A DNA stretch of 21,445 nt from a virus (taxonomy: Duplodnaviria > Heunggongvirae > Uroviricota > Caudoviricetes): the IMG/VR virus record IMGVR_UViG_2698536428_000013, positions 1-21,445 of that record. One strand, written 5' to 3'. The notes under the pieces are model-generated. The model did not search any database and had not been told where the DNA came from. It saw only the letters and a program-made list of their open reading frames with translations. A program made the position numbers and the translations under genes. Shown piece by piece: positions 1 through 8,494 of the stretch (position 1 is its first letter; each line of letters opens with the position of its first letter).

Positions 1-1980
1 TTATGCTGATTCCCGGTTTTCGTTAACTTTGACTGTGACCGTATCAAGCAGTACCGGATACGTCGCTTTTGCCCCCGTGATATCTGTCAGCGTCAGCGTA
101 TCTGCTGTAAAGCCATCATTTGTCCACATCACAAGGTCAAACGCCGTCTGCTCTGTACCATCAATCACCGGAACGACTCTTTCGCTGTTATTTCCCGCAA
201 AGCGGAAAACAACCGTATGCCAGTTATGGTCAAACGCACCAAATGTACCCAGTTGTGCATTCGACGTGCCCTTGTGGTGCATAAGATTCAGATTTGATGC
301 ATCCGTCTGAAGGAAGAATGATGCCAGCATACTGTTTGCTGCCGCGCCTGACGCCCACTGCGACACCGGCCAGTAGAGACCAAAGACAAACTGTCCGTTC
401 ACCAGTTCGCTTCCATCCGGAATTTTGAACCGTACGGCAATTTCCCCCCCCTTGCTGAGAAAATTTTTTGCCTCCTCCACTGCAACAGTACGGAACATTT
501 TCCAGGACGTCAGTTTACCGGGCTGTTTTTCCAGTCGCAGCGCTTTCCGTCCACCGTCATCAGTCACAGTGCCTTTGCCGCCGGAAGCACCCCACTGCTG
601 CTCTGTCAATGCACCATTTCCACTGTTCGCATCATATTCAGCCACCGTCCTGGTACTGCTCACGGCCCCATCATGACCAGTACCAGCAACACCGCCATCC
701 TGCGGTTTCTCAACATCCGGTGTCCCCGGACTGACAGGAGTTGTACCACCCGACTGCGGTGCGCTCTGCCCGGTAAGGAACGATAATGTCCGCCCGGCGT
801 ACTGCAAAATGGCACCTGCCAGGCGGTCTGAAACAAGGCCTCTTCGCGCCCATGAACTGAAGTGCGTTTTACGATCGGCTGCCGTCCAGTTACTGGCAGT
901 GCGTGAGGCAGCGCCATAGTATCCCGCCGGGATAATGTCCGGATCTTCTGACGGCTCGTTTGTCGGCACATTCACACCATGCTCATCCGTCATCAACGGC
1001 ACAAAGTGAATATTCTGCGCAACTTTGCCTTTATACCCACCGTAAACCGCCTCATACGGCGCTGCATACCTTTCCTTCCAGTAGTACGTGGTATCACCGC
1101 AAATCCACGGGACGCTGGCCGTTGTCCCGCCAGTACACTGCTCTGCCACATCTGCCAGTTCCGTACGGAACTGATTTACCATGGCAAGGAAAAGCGCATT
1201 GTGTTCTGCATGTCTCCCCGAACTGACATCTTTTTCCCCCTGCATCCAGATCACCGACAACAGCACGTTTTTCGGATTTTTCTTCAGGGCTGCACGCGTT
1301 CTGCTGACCAGGTCACGATACAACGGTTTATCCACCCCCCACAGGGAAGATCCCGCTGTCGCACCCGACGCCTCATTAAACGCGCCCTCTGCTCCCGCAG
1401 TAAATCCCGAATCGCCACGTCCACACGGGACAAGAAGGATCCCCGCACGGGCAGGCATAAACGGCAGCAGTTTTTTGGCCACATGCAGGGCATGCCCCAC
1501 ACAGCCATACTGCCCTTTATTGAGGTCTGCTTTCGGGTGATTCAGATTACTCACGTCCTGCACATCATGCAGACAATGGTCTGCAGGAATAATGTCGTTA
1601 TATGCACAGGCCGCACCGCCCGGTGTCACCGTGCTGCGACGCGCCAGTTGCTTAATACGCGGGTCAGGACGATCATACGTATCCGGCAGCGGCAGCCCCT
1701 CGCCAAAAGACATCGAGTTGGACTGCCCGGCCAGCGCAATGACAAAGTAATATTCCGGTTCGCTGGTGGTGCTGATAACAGCGCCACCATCACCCGACGG
1801 TTGCACCACCACCGGTGTGGTGACATCACCTTCCGCCGCAATGGCCTGCATCAGGGTATAGGGCGTGATGGCCACCGGACTGCCAAATGGCTGCCACCCC
1901 TCCTTCAGTTTTTGAGTCAGTCGCTCCGCAAGGTCTGACGGCGACGCCGCCCTGACCACGTCATAGTGTTTAAATGTCAT
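1..1980 (-). CDS. NanS-p-like sialate O-acetylesterase (DUF1737-like N-terminus plus SGNH/SASA esterase domain), 659 aa
   Basis: Complete ORF with TAA stop at bases 1-3. SD GGGAGG lies 5 nt upstream of the ATG at 1980. GQSN motif (ALAGQSNSMSFGEG) is typical of SGNH hydrolases. The N-terminus (MTFKHYDVVRAASPSDLAERLTQKLKEGWQPFG) resembles the N-terminus of NanS-p esterases of lambdoid/Stx prophages. It sits late, downstream of Q. Confidence 0.6.
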   Translation of the reverse strand: MTFKHYDVVRAASPSDLAERLTQKLKEGWQPFGSPVAITPYTLMQAIAAEGDVTTPVVVQPSGDGGAVISTTSEPEYYFVIALAGQSNSMSFGEGLPLPDTYDRPDPRIKQLARRSTVTPGGAACAYNDIIPADHCLHDVQDVSNLNHPKADLNKGQYGCVGHALHVAKKLLPFMPARAGILLVPCGRGDSGFTAGAEGAFNEASGATAGSSLWGVDKPLYRDLVSRTRAALKKNPKNVLLSVIWMQGEKDVSSGRHAEHNALFLAMVNQFRTELADVAEQCTGGTTASVPWICGDTTYYWKERYAAPYEAVYGGYKGKVAQNIHFVPLMTDEHGVNVPTNEPSEDPDIIPAGYYGAASRTASNWTAADRKTHFSSWARRGLVSDRLAGAILQYAGRTLSFLTGQSAPQSGGTTPVSPGTPDVEKPQDGGVAGTGHDGAVSSTRTVAEYDANSGNGALTEQQWGASGGKGTVTDDGGRKALRLEKQPGKLTSWKMFRTVAVEEAKNFLSKGGEIAVRFKIPDGSELVNGQFVFGLYWPVSQWASGAAANSMLASFFLQTDASNLNLMHHKGTSNAQLGTFGAFDHNWHTVVFRFAGNNSERVVPVIDGTEQTAFDLVMWTNDGFTADTLTLTDITGAKATYPVLLDTVTVKVNENRESA

Positions 1981-2174
1981 GAATCCTCCCGGTCGGGATA
2001 ATGTTGTGAGTCAGATGAGGGAACGGGCTGAAGTCCGGAAGTTACAGGACAATGGCAGGAGGAAGACTACAGCCCGCAATACGAAAAAGGCCGCGCTATT
2101 GCGCAGAGTGATTACTGTCGGATATTATTCGCCAGCTGAAATATTACTTCACGTTTTGTTGTTTATTCCTTGCC

Positions 2175-2203
2175 GCCCGCGTCTCCCAGCGCGGGCTTTT
2201 TTT
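2175..2203 (+). terminator. Intrinsic-terminator-like hairpin (GCCCGCG / CGCGGGC, 8-nt loop) followed by T7
   Basis: A 7-bp GC-rich stem at 2175-2181 and 2190-2196, then TTTTTTT at 2197-2203, seen directly in the sequence. Confidence 0.4.
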
Positions 2204-2204
2204 G

Positions 2205-2233
2205 TCCATAAGAAAGCCCCTCCGGAGAGGGGC
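2205..2233 (-). terminator. Intrinsic terminator (GCCCCTC-CGGA-GAGGGGC hairpin, U-rich tail on the minus strand)
   Basis: A 7-bp perfect stem at 2216-2222 and 2227-2233 with a tetraloop. On the minus strand it is followed by TTTCTTATGG. It lies downstream of the TerB-like gene and small ORF. Confidence 0.45.
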
Positions 2234-2474
2234 TGGAGAGTGGCGCTATGTGCCATTGCATGGTGCCGGGTGCCTCCCGGTGAGTTCAGTATCAGCACCT
2301 GAACCCGCACAGAAAGGATAAGGGTCGGTGACAAAACACCAGTTGCTGATTGCCCCTCCGCACAGGGGGATTCACCATGCCAGTTTCTTTTAACAAACTC
2401 CCCGCAAACCAGACAACAGTCAACCGCCTGAATTGTGAGGTATTTAAAAATTTCAACGGGTAACTGATACCCTG

Positions 2475-2627
2475 CTAATCGCCTGATGCTTTCTTTTTCA
2501 GCAACGGGGAAGCAACAACCACCACACCCGCCACCAGCACACCGTCAGCCAGCACTGACATTATCCGGCTGCTGAAGTCCACCATCACCACCAGAAACAG
2601 CAGGAGCGCAACCACAGCCAGACGCAT
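2475..2627 (-). CDS. Small hydrophobic membrane peptide, 50 aa (MRLAVVALLLFLVVMVDFSSRIMSVLADGVLVAGVVVVASPLLKKKASGD)
   Basis: Hand translation of the minus strand. The ATG lies 8 nt downstream of the TerB-like stop, so translational coupling is possible. Two hydrophobic stretches and a KKK C-terminal tail. Absent from the ORF track, presumably because it is under 60 aa. No strong SD. Confidence 0.35.
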   Translation of the reverse strand: MRLAVVALLLFLVVMVDFSSRIMSVLADGVLVAGVVVVASPLLKKKASGD

Positions 2628-2635
2628 TTTTACCG

Positions 2636-3067
2636 TCACAGATGATTCTCCAGACGAAGGCCCAGAACACCGGCAATCTCTTCCAGCACCTTGCGCTCTT
2701 CCGGCTCTATTTCGCCGTCTGCTTCGGCAACGGCCACCGCCACATCCAGCACGTCTTCCGCTTCACGCGTATCGTGTTTCACATCCTCGATCTCACGTAA
2801 CGCCGCTCGACGACCAATTTTAAAGTTCGTATCCAGCTGACCGATAATGGTTGCGCTAATCGCATTAATTTCTGACGTAAACGCGGACAACGCAGGCTGG
2901 TTACGCAAGACCTGCTCGATCTTCGCTTTCTCTGAAGCCTCACATTCACCATCTGCATAGGCCACCAGATAGGCTGCATTAATAACCGCCTGTGCCAGAT
3001 CACGTTTCTCAAACTTTTTAATTTCCACTGCCGCTCGGCGGGCTTTTTTACCAAAAATACCAAACAT
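2636..3067 (-). CDS. TerB-like domain protein (tellurite-resistance TerB family), about 143 aa
   Basis: Start chosen at the internal ATG (MFGIFGKK...) with SD AAGGA about 8 nt upstream. Two ADG-containing acidic motifs (YLVAYADGECEASEKAKIEQVL and VAVAEADGEIEPEERKVLEEIAGVLGL) resemble the repeated motifs of TerB. It is the first gene after Q and the tR'-like terminator. Confidence 0.55.
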   Translation of the reverse strand: MFGIFGKKARRAAVEIKKFEKRDLAQAVINAAYLVAYADGECEASEKAKIEQVLRNQPALSAFTSEINAISATIIGQLDTNFKIGRRAALREIEDVKHDTREAEDVLDVAVAVAEADGEIEPEERKVLEEIAGVLGLRLENHL

Positions 3068-3197
3068 CGTGACGTTCCTTTGGGTGGGTGAGCCAACGCC
3101 CGGGAGCGATCTGCCCACAGAGAAAGTCACACTGACCACTCCGTAAGCTCACCCCCGAAAGGCTCTGTGGTTGATATGCGCCGGGCGTGGCGCAGAT

Positions 3198-3223
3198 ACA
3201 AAAAAAGCCCGCCGAAGCGAGCC
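3198..3223 (-). terminator. tR'-like intrinsic terminator (GCUCGC-UUCG-GCGGGC hairpin plus U7-8)
   Basis: On the minus strand GCTCGCTTCGGCGGGC forms a 6-bp stem (one G-U) with a UUCG tetraloop, followed by TTTTTTTT. It lies about 180 nt downstream of the Q stop. Confidence 0.6.
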
Positions 3224-3235
3224 TGATAATAAATC

Positions 3236-3310
3236 TGGAGCGGGTAGCGGGAATCGAACCACGATAAGAAGGTTAACAGCCTTCCGTAATGACCTTTATA
3301 CGACTGACCC
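3236..3310 (-). other. tRNA-sized, tRNA-like element (probable degenerate or chimeric tRNA; not a confident functional tRNA)
   Basis: Minus-strand 75-nt segment GGGTCAG..CTCCA with U8, A14, G18G19, A21, a 5-bp anticodon stem GAAGG/CCTTC with loop CTGTTAA (U33, GTT, A37) and T-loop GGTTCGATTCC. The acceptor stem and T-stem do not pair. Confidence 0.3.
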
Positions 3311-3349
3311 AAATAAAAAAAGCCACCGTTGCAACTTAAGAGTCACTAA

Positions 3350-3400
3350 CGGCAGCATATGCCAATAGTGTTGCTCATTTGCTCAATGATGTCAACACGT
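3350..3400 (-). promoter_or_regulatory. Putative late promoter PR' / qut region downstream of Q
   Basis: TTGACA on the minus strand (plus coordinates 3390-3395) immediately after the Q stop. The -10 element is not clearly identifiable. Placement is by analogy to lambda PR'. Confidence 0.3.
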
Positions 3401-3401
3401 C

Positions 3402-3890
3402 CTATGCTACATGTTTAATTTTCTCTACACGTTTCCGGTTTTTAAACGCACTATCCAGAACCGGGTAAATCATAAACAACGAGGCATTAAGGATTTCGTC
3501 AACTTCCCGTCGACAGGTTGCGAGCGATGGTTTTTGAATGCGCCCGCCGCCCCGGCATAACATCTTGCGAGGTCTTGCGACGCAATGATAGTAAGATGCA
3601 ATGGCGTGCCTGGAAGAACCATGAGCGTAGTAGCTGAGGAGGATGCCGAAGGCTTTCTTGTCAATGTACATGACGGAATCGACGACCTGAGAAATCAACA
3701 TTCCATCATCATCATTACACATTGGTCTTGTCATAACTCTTCCCGGCTCTACGCTCTCCATGAACTTCGCTATTACGCTGCTCATGCGCTTTTCCAGACG
3801 ACCTGAATAAACCCATGCGCCCCACAGTTCAAGCCAGCCATTCAGCCAATCGTGCTGTTCTTTGGTGAGGTTTAGTTCTCTTATGCCCAT
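3402..3890 (-). CDS. Q: Late antiterminator Q (phage 21/82-type Q family, not lambda-type), 162 aa
   Basis: Position directly downstream of ninG. Conserved WGAW and CNDDD-type motifs (LELWGAWVYSG, PMCNDDDGMLI) as in the short Q antiterminator family. Confidence 0.65.
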   Translation of the reverse strand: MGIRELNLTKEQHDWLNGWLELWGAWVYSGRLEKRMSSVIAKFMESVEPGRVMTRPMCNDDDGMLISQVVDSVMYIDKKAFGILLSYYAHGSSRHAIASYYHCVARPRKMLCRGGGRIQKPSLATCRREVDEILNASLFMIYPVLDSAFKNRKRVEKIKHVA

Positions 3891-3933
3891 GCGACTTCTC
3901 CCTTGTTATCTGGAATGGTTTTTACTGAGAGCG

Positions 3934-4539
3934 TCATGCGGCCTCACTTCTGCTGTTTCGCAGGTCTTTGAGTTTCTGTTGGTACTCTGCCTTGATGGCC
4001 CTGCACTCTTCGACAGTCCAGCGATGGCGGTTATGGTTTGATTCGATTTCATCTACTGCTTCCTGCCCGATGCGGCTAATCAGTTCGACGCGATACGGAA
4101 CGAGATTTCCGCTTTTGTGCTGGTTGCACACCACGCATTGCTTGTGAATATTGCGTTCATCAAATCGGAGTTGAGGTGCCGCAGCAGTTGTCCGGTAATG
4201 TCCGGCATCCCACTGAGCAGACGTGAGCGTTCCGCACGAGATACATGGTAAGTCGCGGTCTCTTTCTCTGATGAAGGCGTTTACGGCTTGTTGGGCTTGT
4301 TTAATCCAGTAACTGCGGGGCTTTAAGGCGAGTTTTCGAATCTTCAGTTTATCTTTCTGTTTCTGCTCCTCTCGTCGTCGTTTATTCTCTGCTGCTTTTT
4401 CCGCTTTTTCGCGTTCTTTACTTCGTCGTTCGAGTGCTAATTGAGTTCCGTGTTCCGGGCAGCACCACCACTGATTTGAGAATGCCGGGTGAAACCATTC
4501 CTTGCATATTTTGCATTTCCTTCGCGCTGGTTTAGCCAT
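3934..4539 (-). CDS. ninG: NinG / Rap recombination endonuclease
   Basis: 201-aa product with Cys-rich N- and C-terminal motifs ([22 protein letters not shown]) matching recalled lambda NinG. TAATG overlap with the upstream gene. Confidence 0.85.
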   Translation of the reverse strand: MAKPARRKCKICKEWFHPAFSNQWWCCPEHGTQLALERRSKEREKAEKAAENKRRREEQKQKDKLKIRKLALKPRSYWIKQAQQAVNAFIRERDRDLPCISCGTLTSAQWDAGHYRTTAAAPQLRFDERNIHKQCVVCNQHKSGNLVPYRVELISRIGQEAVDEIESNHNRHRWTVEECRAIKAEYQQKLKDLRNSRSEAA

Positions 4540-5267
4540 TAAGCAGCCTCCCCTGTTACTTTCAGCATTCCGTTATCGAGCAGCTTTCTGGTCAGCCACT
4601 GTTGACCACGCCCGGTGATTTTTGTGGTGAACGATATCTGTATTCCGTGATTTGTGTTGACCGCTGTTTCTTTCACTGTGAAATAGCCGCGCTCCATATA
4701 TTCCTGCATTGGCACATTGCGCCGGGCACCTGAAGTAATAAGGATTTTGTGATCGCGCATCCACGCAAACAGTTTGTTTGGACCAATTCCAACAACCTTT
4801 GCATAGTTTCCAATCAAAATTCCGCTGGCCTCGCCAACGCGATCGGCAAACTCAACTTTAGGTGCTGCGAGAGCAAGCTGTTTCTCCAGTTCAGCCTTCT
4901 GGTCTTCAAGGTCGGCCGCAAGGCGCAATGCCTCAGAAAAGGTTTGTGGTATTTTCGCGGTTGCCCCTTCGAGTTCTCGCCAACGGTCAACAAGACGAGC
5001 GGTGAACTCTGGCGACAACTGAGCAACGACAATAATGCTGTCGCGCTTACCTTGTTCGCCCTCAAAAACGTAAGCATCTACGCCACGAAGTAATCCTAAG
5101 TTATTGATTTTTTCGAAAACCACCATTGGGGGATTTCGGATCACACCTCGAACCGCCAGTCGTTCAATGGATTGTTTCACCTTGTCATGACGACTTCCCA
5201 CCAACTCAGCGATTTCAATGCTTGTCATTTTGATGACGTTGCTATTTATCAGCTCGTTCATTGTCAT
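4539..5267 (-). CDS. Rha/Roi-family phage regulatory protein (antirepressor-like), about 240 aa
   Basis: N-terminal Rha-like motif ([23 protein letters not shown]) and nin-region position as for HK022 Roi. The start may be the second ATG (5261), which has better SD spacing. Confidence 0.55.
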   Translation of the reverse strand: MTMNELINSNVIKMTSIEIAELVGSRHDKVKQSIERLAVRGVIRNPPMVVFEKINNLGLLRGVDAYVFEGEQGKRDSIIVVAQLSPEFTARLVDRWRELEGATAKIPQTFSEALRLAADLEDQKAELEKQLALAAPKVEFADRVGEASGILIGNYAKVVGIGPNKLFAWMRDHKILITSGARRNVPMQEYMERGYFTVKETAVNTNHGIQISFTTKITGRGQQWLTRKLLDNGMLKVTGEAA

Positions 5268-5293
5268 GCCCTCTCATATTGAAAATTCAGCAA

Positions 5294-5319
5294 TAAAAAA
5301 CCCAGCCGAAGCTGGGTTT
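5294..5319 (-). terminator. Intrinsic terminator between the ORF6N-like gene and the Roi-like gene
   Basis: Minus strand ACCCAGC-TTCG-GCTGGGT hairpin followed by TTTTTTATT. Confidence 0.55.
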
Positions 5320-5335
5320 GTTAAGTTGTCAATTG

Positions 5336-6013
5336 TCAGTAGCGATGCAGTGAAGGCGGCAACTCTTTGCTCTTAAGCCTTACCCATGCGGAAAGATTCG
5401 TTGGTCCATCTGGCTCATTAATATCAACATCTCGTGTGTGATTGATTAAAACGTCTCTCGCCATTCCAATAACATACGAGAACTCATGACCGTAGTTGTA
5501 GCACCTGTCAGAATAGTTCGATTGAATTTGCTTTAGCGCCGGATACAGTTCGCGGAATAATGCCTGTGAACGGTTAGCATAATCCCATAGCCATACAAGG
5601 CTGTCTGTTTCTTTTGCGGAAAGCCCGTTGAGCTTCTTCTCTTGTTTGCCAGTATTTTTCTCGCCCTGGCTGAAATAGCAGTCTTCCAGTTTTTCGAACA
5701 CTTCCCACGCCTGATCGGTTTCGAGCATTTTTGCATGACGGGCTGCTCCGCGTTCTGTCCAGAGGATGAGGGAGCGGGCATTTTTACCAACTAACCCGAT
5801 TGTTTCGGGTCTGTTCTTAAACTCGCGTAATTCGTTTTTTTCAATTTTAAAGTAATGCTTTCCGGGCATGAATCGCGTCGTGTTGTTCAGAAAGTTATCA
5901 GAAATGTTTTTGATTTTTGTTCCGTAAAGGTGAGCCAACAGTTCAGTAGTAATTACGGGGATCTGGTTATAGGTAACAGGGGAAAGGTTTTCGACAGAAA
6001 TTTGAACAGCCAT
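5336..6013 (-). CDS. ORF6N/KilA-N-like domain phage protein (antirepressor-like), 225 aa
   Basis: SD GAGG 5 nt upstream of the ATG. The N-terminal segment ([23 protein letters not shown]...[15 protein letters not shown]) resembles ORF6N/Rha-type domains. Assignment is by motif memory only. Confidence 0.45.
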   Translation of the reverse strand: MAVQISVENLSPVTYNQIPVITTELLAHLYGTKIKNISDNFLNNTTRFMPGKHYFKIEKNELREFKNRPETIGLVGKNARSLILWTERGAARHAKMLETDQAWEVFEKLEDCYFSQGEKNTGKQEKKLNGLSAKETDSLVWLWDYANRSQALFRELYPALKQIQSNYSDRCYNYGHEFSYVIGMARDVLINHTRDVDINEPDGPTNLSAWVRLKSKELPPSLHRY

Positions 6014-6176
6014 AATGACCTCGCGTTTCGATAATTTTTACCTCGCCACCGTCAGGTGCTAATCATCGTGGTGGCGAACTGTGCGGGGTTAGCACTACCG
6101 GTCGAAACATCCGGCGAGCCTTTCGGCTCCCCCACACAGCCCGCCATAAATCGCGAATGTGACTGTGCTTAGCGCA

Positions 6177-6198
6177 TAAAAAAACCGCCAGCGCGGTT
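6177..6198 (-). terminator. Intrinsic terminator downstream of ninE
   Basis: Minus strand AACCGC-GCUG-GCGGUU hairpin followed by a T6-7 run. Confidence 0.5.
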
Positions 6199-6288
6199 AT
6201 GCACCGTTTCGATATCCGGGGTGCTAATCCCGACGCCAGATTTTGCTGGCGCGTGAGGAATATAGCCCCGAATAAATCATCGCGTCAA

Positions 6289-6471
6289 TCACCTTGTTTT
6301 CCTCGCACGATGTCTTAGCCACCGGATATCCCACAGGTGAGCCGTGTAGTTGAAGGTTTTTACGTCAGATTCTTTTGGGATTGGCTTGCGTTTATTTCTG
6401 GAGCGTTTCGTTGGAAGGTATTTGCAGTTTTCGCAGATGATGTCGGTGATACTTCGTCGCTGTCGCCTCAT
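6289..6471 (-). CDS. ninE: NinE
   Basis: About 60-aa product [60 protein letters not shown] matches the recalled lambda NinE. ATGA overlap with the upstream methyltransferase gene. Confidence 0.65.
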   Translation of the reverse strand: MRRQRRSITDIICENCKYLPTKRSRNKRKPIPKESDVKTFNYTAHLWDIRWLRHRARKTR

Positions 6472-6995
6472 GCCGCCCTCCTGACGCCCTGCCCGATCGC
6501 CATCAATGCCGCTTTGGATACGGTAGTAAACATCCGTCGAGGACTGATGAACGGTCGCCAAATCAGCAGCATGGAGCCTTTGCTGTTTCCCTTCTTCTCC
6601 AGCCATGTCGATGGTTCGATAAAATTAATCCGTCCATCAGTGATAATGCGAACTTCGTCGACACTCTCCAGAGCCTTGCTGAACCATCCGACTGACATAT
6701 CCTCTGGCACAAGCATAACTACCGTCTGTCGCTGTTGTATGCACTGCTCAGCGGCTTTTTCCACCCACGGCCTGATATTGCTGTACGGTGGGTTATTCCA
6801 GATTGCACCGTGGCTTACCCACTCAGAATTGAGCGCGTCGTCGGCCTCAGTTAGCCAGTGAGCACACAGAGCATTTTTGTCGCTCGCTGCCGAATCCAGC
6901 CAGAATCCAAACTCAATATCCAGCGCATCAAAAAGCCAAAGCGGCGTTTGCCAGCAGTCCTTGTCGTGTGCTGGCGTATTTGATTTGATAGTCAT
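6468..6995 (-). CDS. Phage Dam-like DNA N6-adenine methyltransferase, about 175 aa
   Basis: NPPY catalytic motif (WNNPPYSN). Start taken at MTIKSN, overlapping the ninB stop. Occupies the ninC-ninF position. Confidence 0.7.
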   Translation of the reverse strand: MTIKSNTPAHDKDCWQTPLWLFDALDIEFGFWLDSAASDKNALCAHWLTEADDALNSEWVSHGAIWNNPPYSNIRPWVEKAAEQCIQQRQTVVMLVPEDMSVGWFSKALESVDEVRIITDGRINFIEPSTWLEKKGNSKGSMLLIWRPFISPRRMFTTVSKAALMAIGQGVRRAA

Positions 6996-7432
6996 GCAGC
7001 CCTGTCTCCCCATCGCGCTTTCCATTCGAGAGCCAGTCGCGCTTCGTCCGACCACTTAACGCCACGCTCTGTACCGAATGCCTGTATAAGCTCTAATAGC
7101 TCCGCAAATTCGCTTACACGCATTCTGCTGGTTGACTGGCCTATTACCACAAAGCCATTCCCGGCAAGGTTAGGAACAACGTCCTGCTGCTTTAATGCTG
7201 CGGTAAACACACACTTCCAGCTTTCTGCATCCAGCCAGCGCCCATGCCATTCAACCTGACGAGAGACGTCACCAAGGCAAGCCCAAAGCTTTCGATTCTG
7301 GTCTAAGCTGCGGTTGCGTTCCTGAATGCTTACTACGATTGGTTTGGTTGGGTCTGGAAGGATTTGCTGTACTGCGTGAATAGCGTTTTGCTGATGTGCT
7401 GGTGATCGAATTTCAAAGGTTAGTTTTTTCAT
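6992..7432 (-). CDS. ninB: NinB (Orf-family recombination mediator)
   Basis: 146-aa product starting MKKLTFEIRSPAHQQNAIHAVQQILPDP, near-identical to the recalled lambda NinB. Confidence 0.85.
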   Translation of the reverse strand: MKKLTFEIRSPAHQQNAIHAVQQILPDPTKPIVVSIQERNRSLDQNRKLWACLGDVSRQVEWHGRWLDAESWKCVFTAALKQQDVVPNLAGNGFVVIGQSTSRMRVSEFAELLELIQAFGTERGVKWSDEARLALEWKARWGDRAA

Positions 7433-7448
7433 GACTTCCCTCTCCCCC

Positions 7449-7480
7449 AAATAAAAAGGCCTGCGATTACCACCAGGCCT
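7449..7480 (-). terminator. tR2-like intrinsic terminator between ren and ninB
   Basis: Minus strand AGGCCTG-(loop)-CAGGCCT 7-bp stem followed by TTTTTATTT. Confidence 0.6.
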
Positions 7481-7505
7481 GTTATTAGCTCAGTGATGTA
7501 GATGG

Positions 7506-7796
7506 TCATCTTTTAACTCCATATACCGCCAATACCCGTTTCATCGCGGCACTCTGGCGACACTCCTTAAAAATCAGGTTCGTGCTCACCTTTCCTTCCC
7601 GTTCTTCCCTGGTAGCAAACCGGTAATACACCGTTCGCCAGACCTTACTATCAATGACCAGGATTCCTGCCCGCGCCATTTTAGCCGCAGCCTGATTTAT
7701 GCTGGTTACGGTTGCGCCTGTTACCGCGGAAACGTCCTGTGCACAGAAGTTCTTATGCGTCCCGAGGTAATGAATAATTGCCTCTTTGCCCGTCAT
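7506..7796 (-). CDS. ren: Ren
   Basis: 96-aa product matching the recalled lambda Ren. Overlaps the P stop. Confidence 0.8.
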   Translation of the reverse strand: MTGKEAIIHYLGTHKNFCAQDVSAVTGATVTSINQAAAKMARAGILVIDSKVWRTVYYRFATREEREGKVSTNLIFKECRQSAAMKRVLAVYGVKR

Positions 7797-8494
7797 ACAC
7801 TTGCTCCTTTCAGTCCGAACTTAGCTTTAATTTCTGCGATCTTCGCCAGAGCCTGTGCTCGATTTAGAGGTCTGCCGCCCATGACAGGAAGTTGTTTTAC
7901 TGGTTCAGGTATCATCTCACCACGGTTAATTCGTGCTGTCATACAGGTCAGTTCATCGGCAGCCTTGCGCCGTAATTCCGCGTCAGTCAGCGCATTGGCC
8001 CGCATGTTCTGGTACAGGTTGGTAACCAGCCAGTAGTGCGCGTTTGATTTCCACGGATAAGACTCTGCATCCGGATACAGGCCACGCTTCCGGCAATACT
8101 CGTAAACCATATCAACCAGCTCGCTGACGTTTGGCAGTCCGGCGATAACGGATGCTTCTTCCCGGCACCATGCAACAAACTGCCCTGGTGATGGAAGAAA
8201 TGGTCGATTCTGCCGACGGGCTACGCGCATTCCTGCGTTAACCTGTTCCATCGAGGTGATCCCGTTTTCCCGGAAAGCCAGAACCCACTGGCGGCGGATT
8301 TCATTCAGTTCGTTCTGGTCCCGGTTAGCCAGACTCGCCGGGAAAGTTGCCAGTAACTGGCTGAACACACCGTTGATGATCTGCGCTACCTGTTGTACCT
8401 GCGGCTTTTCGTCGTACTGTTCCGGCATGTTGTTGGCGATCCGACGCATCTGCTCACGGTCAAAGTTAACCATCTGTGCGGCGATGTTTTTCAT
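7793..8494 (-). CDS. P: Replication protein P (DnaB helicase loader)
   Basis: 233-aa product MKNIAAQMVNFDREQMRRIANNMPEQYDEKPQ..., near-identical to recalled lambda P. Confidence 0.9.
   Translation of the reverse strand: MKNIAAQMVNFDREQMRRIANNMPEQYDEKPQVQQVAQIINGVFSQLLATFPASLANRDQNELNEIRRQWVLAFRENGITSMEQVNAGMRVARRQNRPFLPSPGQFVAWCREEASVIAGLPNVSELVDMVYEYCRKRGLYPDAESYPWKSNAHYWLVTNLYQNMRANALTDAELRRKAADELTCMTARINRGEMIPEPVKQLPVMGGRPLNRAQALAKIAEIKAKFGLKGASV

Noticed and set aside
979-1938. 319-aa plus-strand ORF
   Set aside because: It lies entirely antisense within the 659-aa esterase ORF, has no SD, and its Arg/His-rich composition is typical of a spurious antisense frame in GC-rich coding DNA.
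1979-2302. 107-aa plus-strand ORF
   Set aside because: It spans the intergenic region containing both terminator hairpins, has no SD, and has low-complexity composition.
3236-3310. Functional tRNA-Asn gene
   Set aside because: The acceptor stem and T-stem do not pair in a hand fold, so it is reported only as a tRNA-like relic.
3127-3312. 61-aa minus-strand ORF
   Set aside because: It overlaps the tR'-like terminator and the tRNA-like element, so it is more likely non-coding.
2636-3400. Shiga toxin genes (stxA/stxB) expected between Q and the NanS-p-like esterase
   Set aside because: No ORF of the right size or organisation is present. The interval holds a TerB-like gene and a small hydrophobic ORF instead.
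3350-3400. Confident PR' promoter call
   Set aside because: A TTGACA -35 is present but I could not find a convincing -10 at 16-18 nt spacing. It is kept only as a low-confidence regulatory region.
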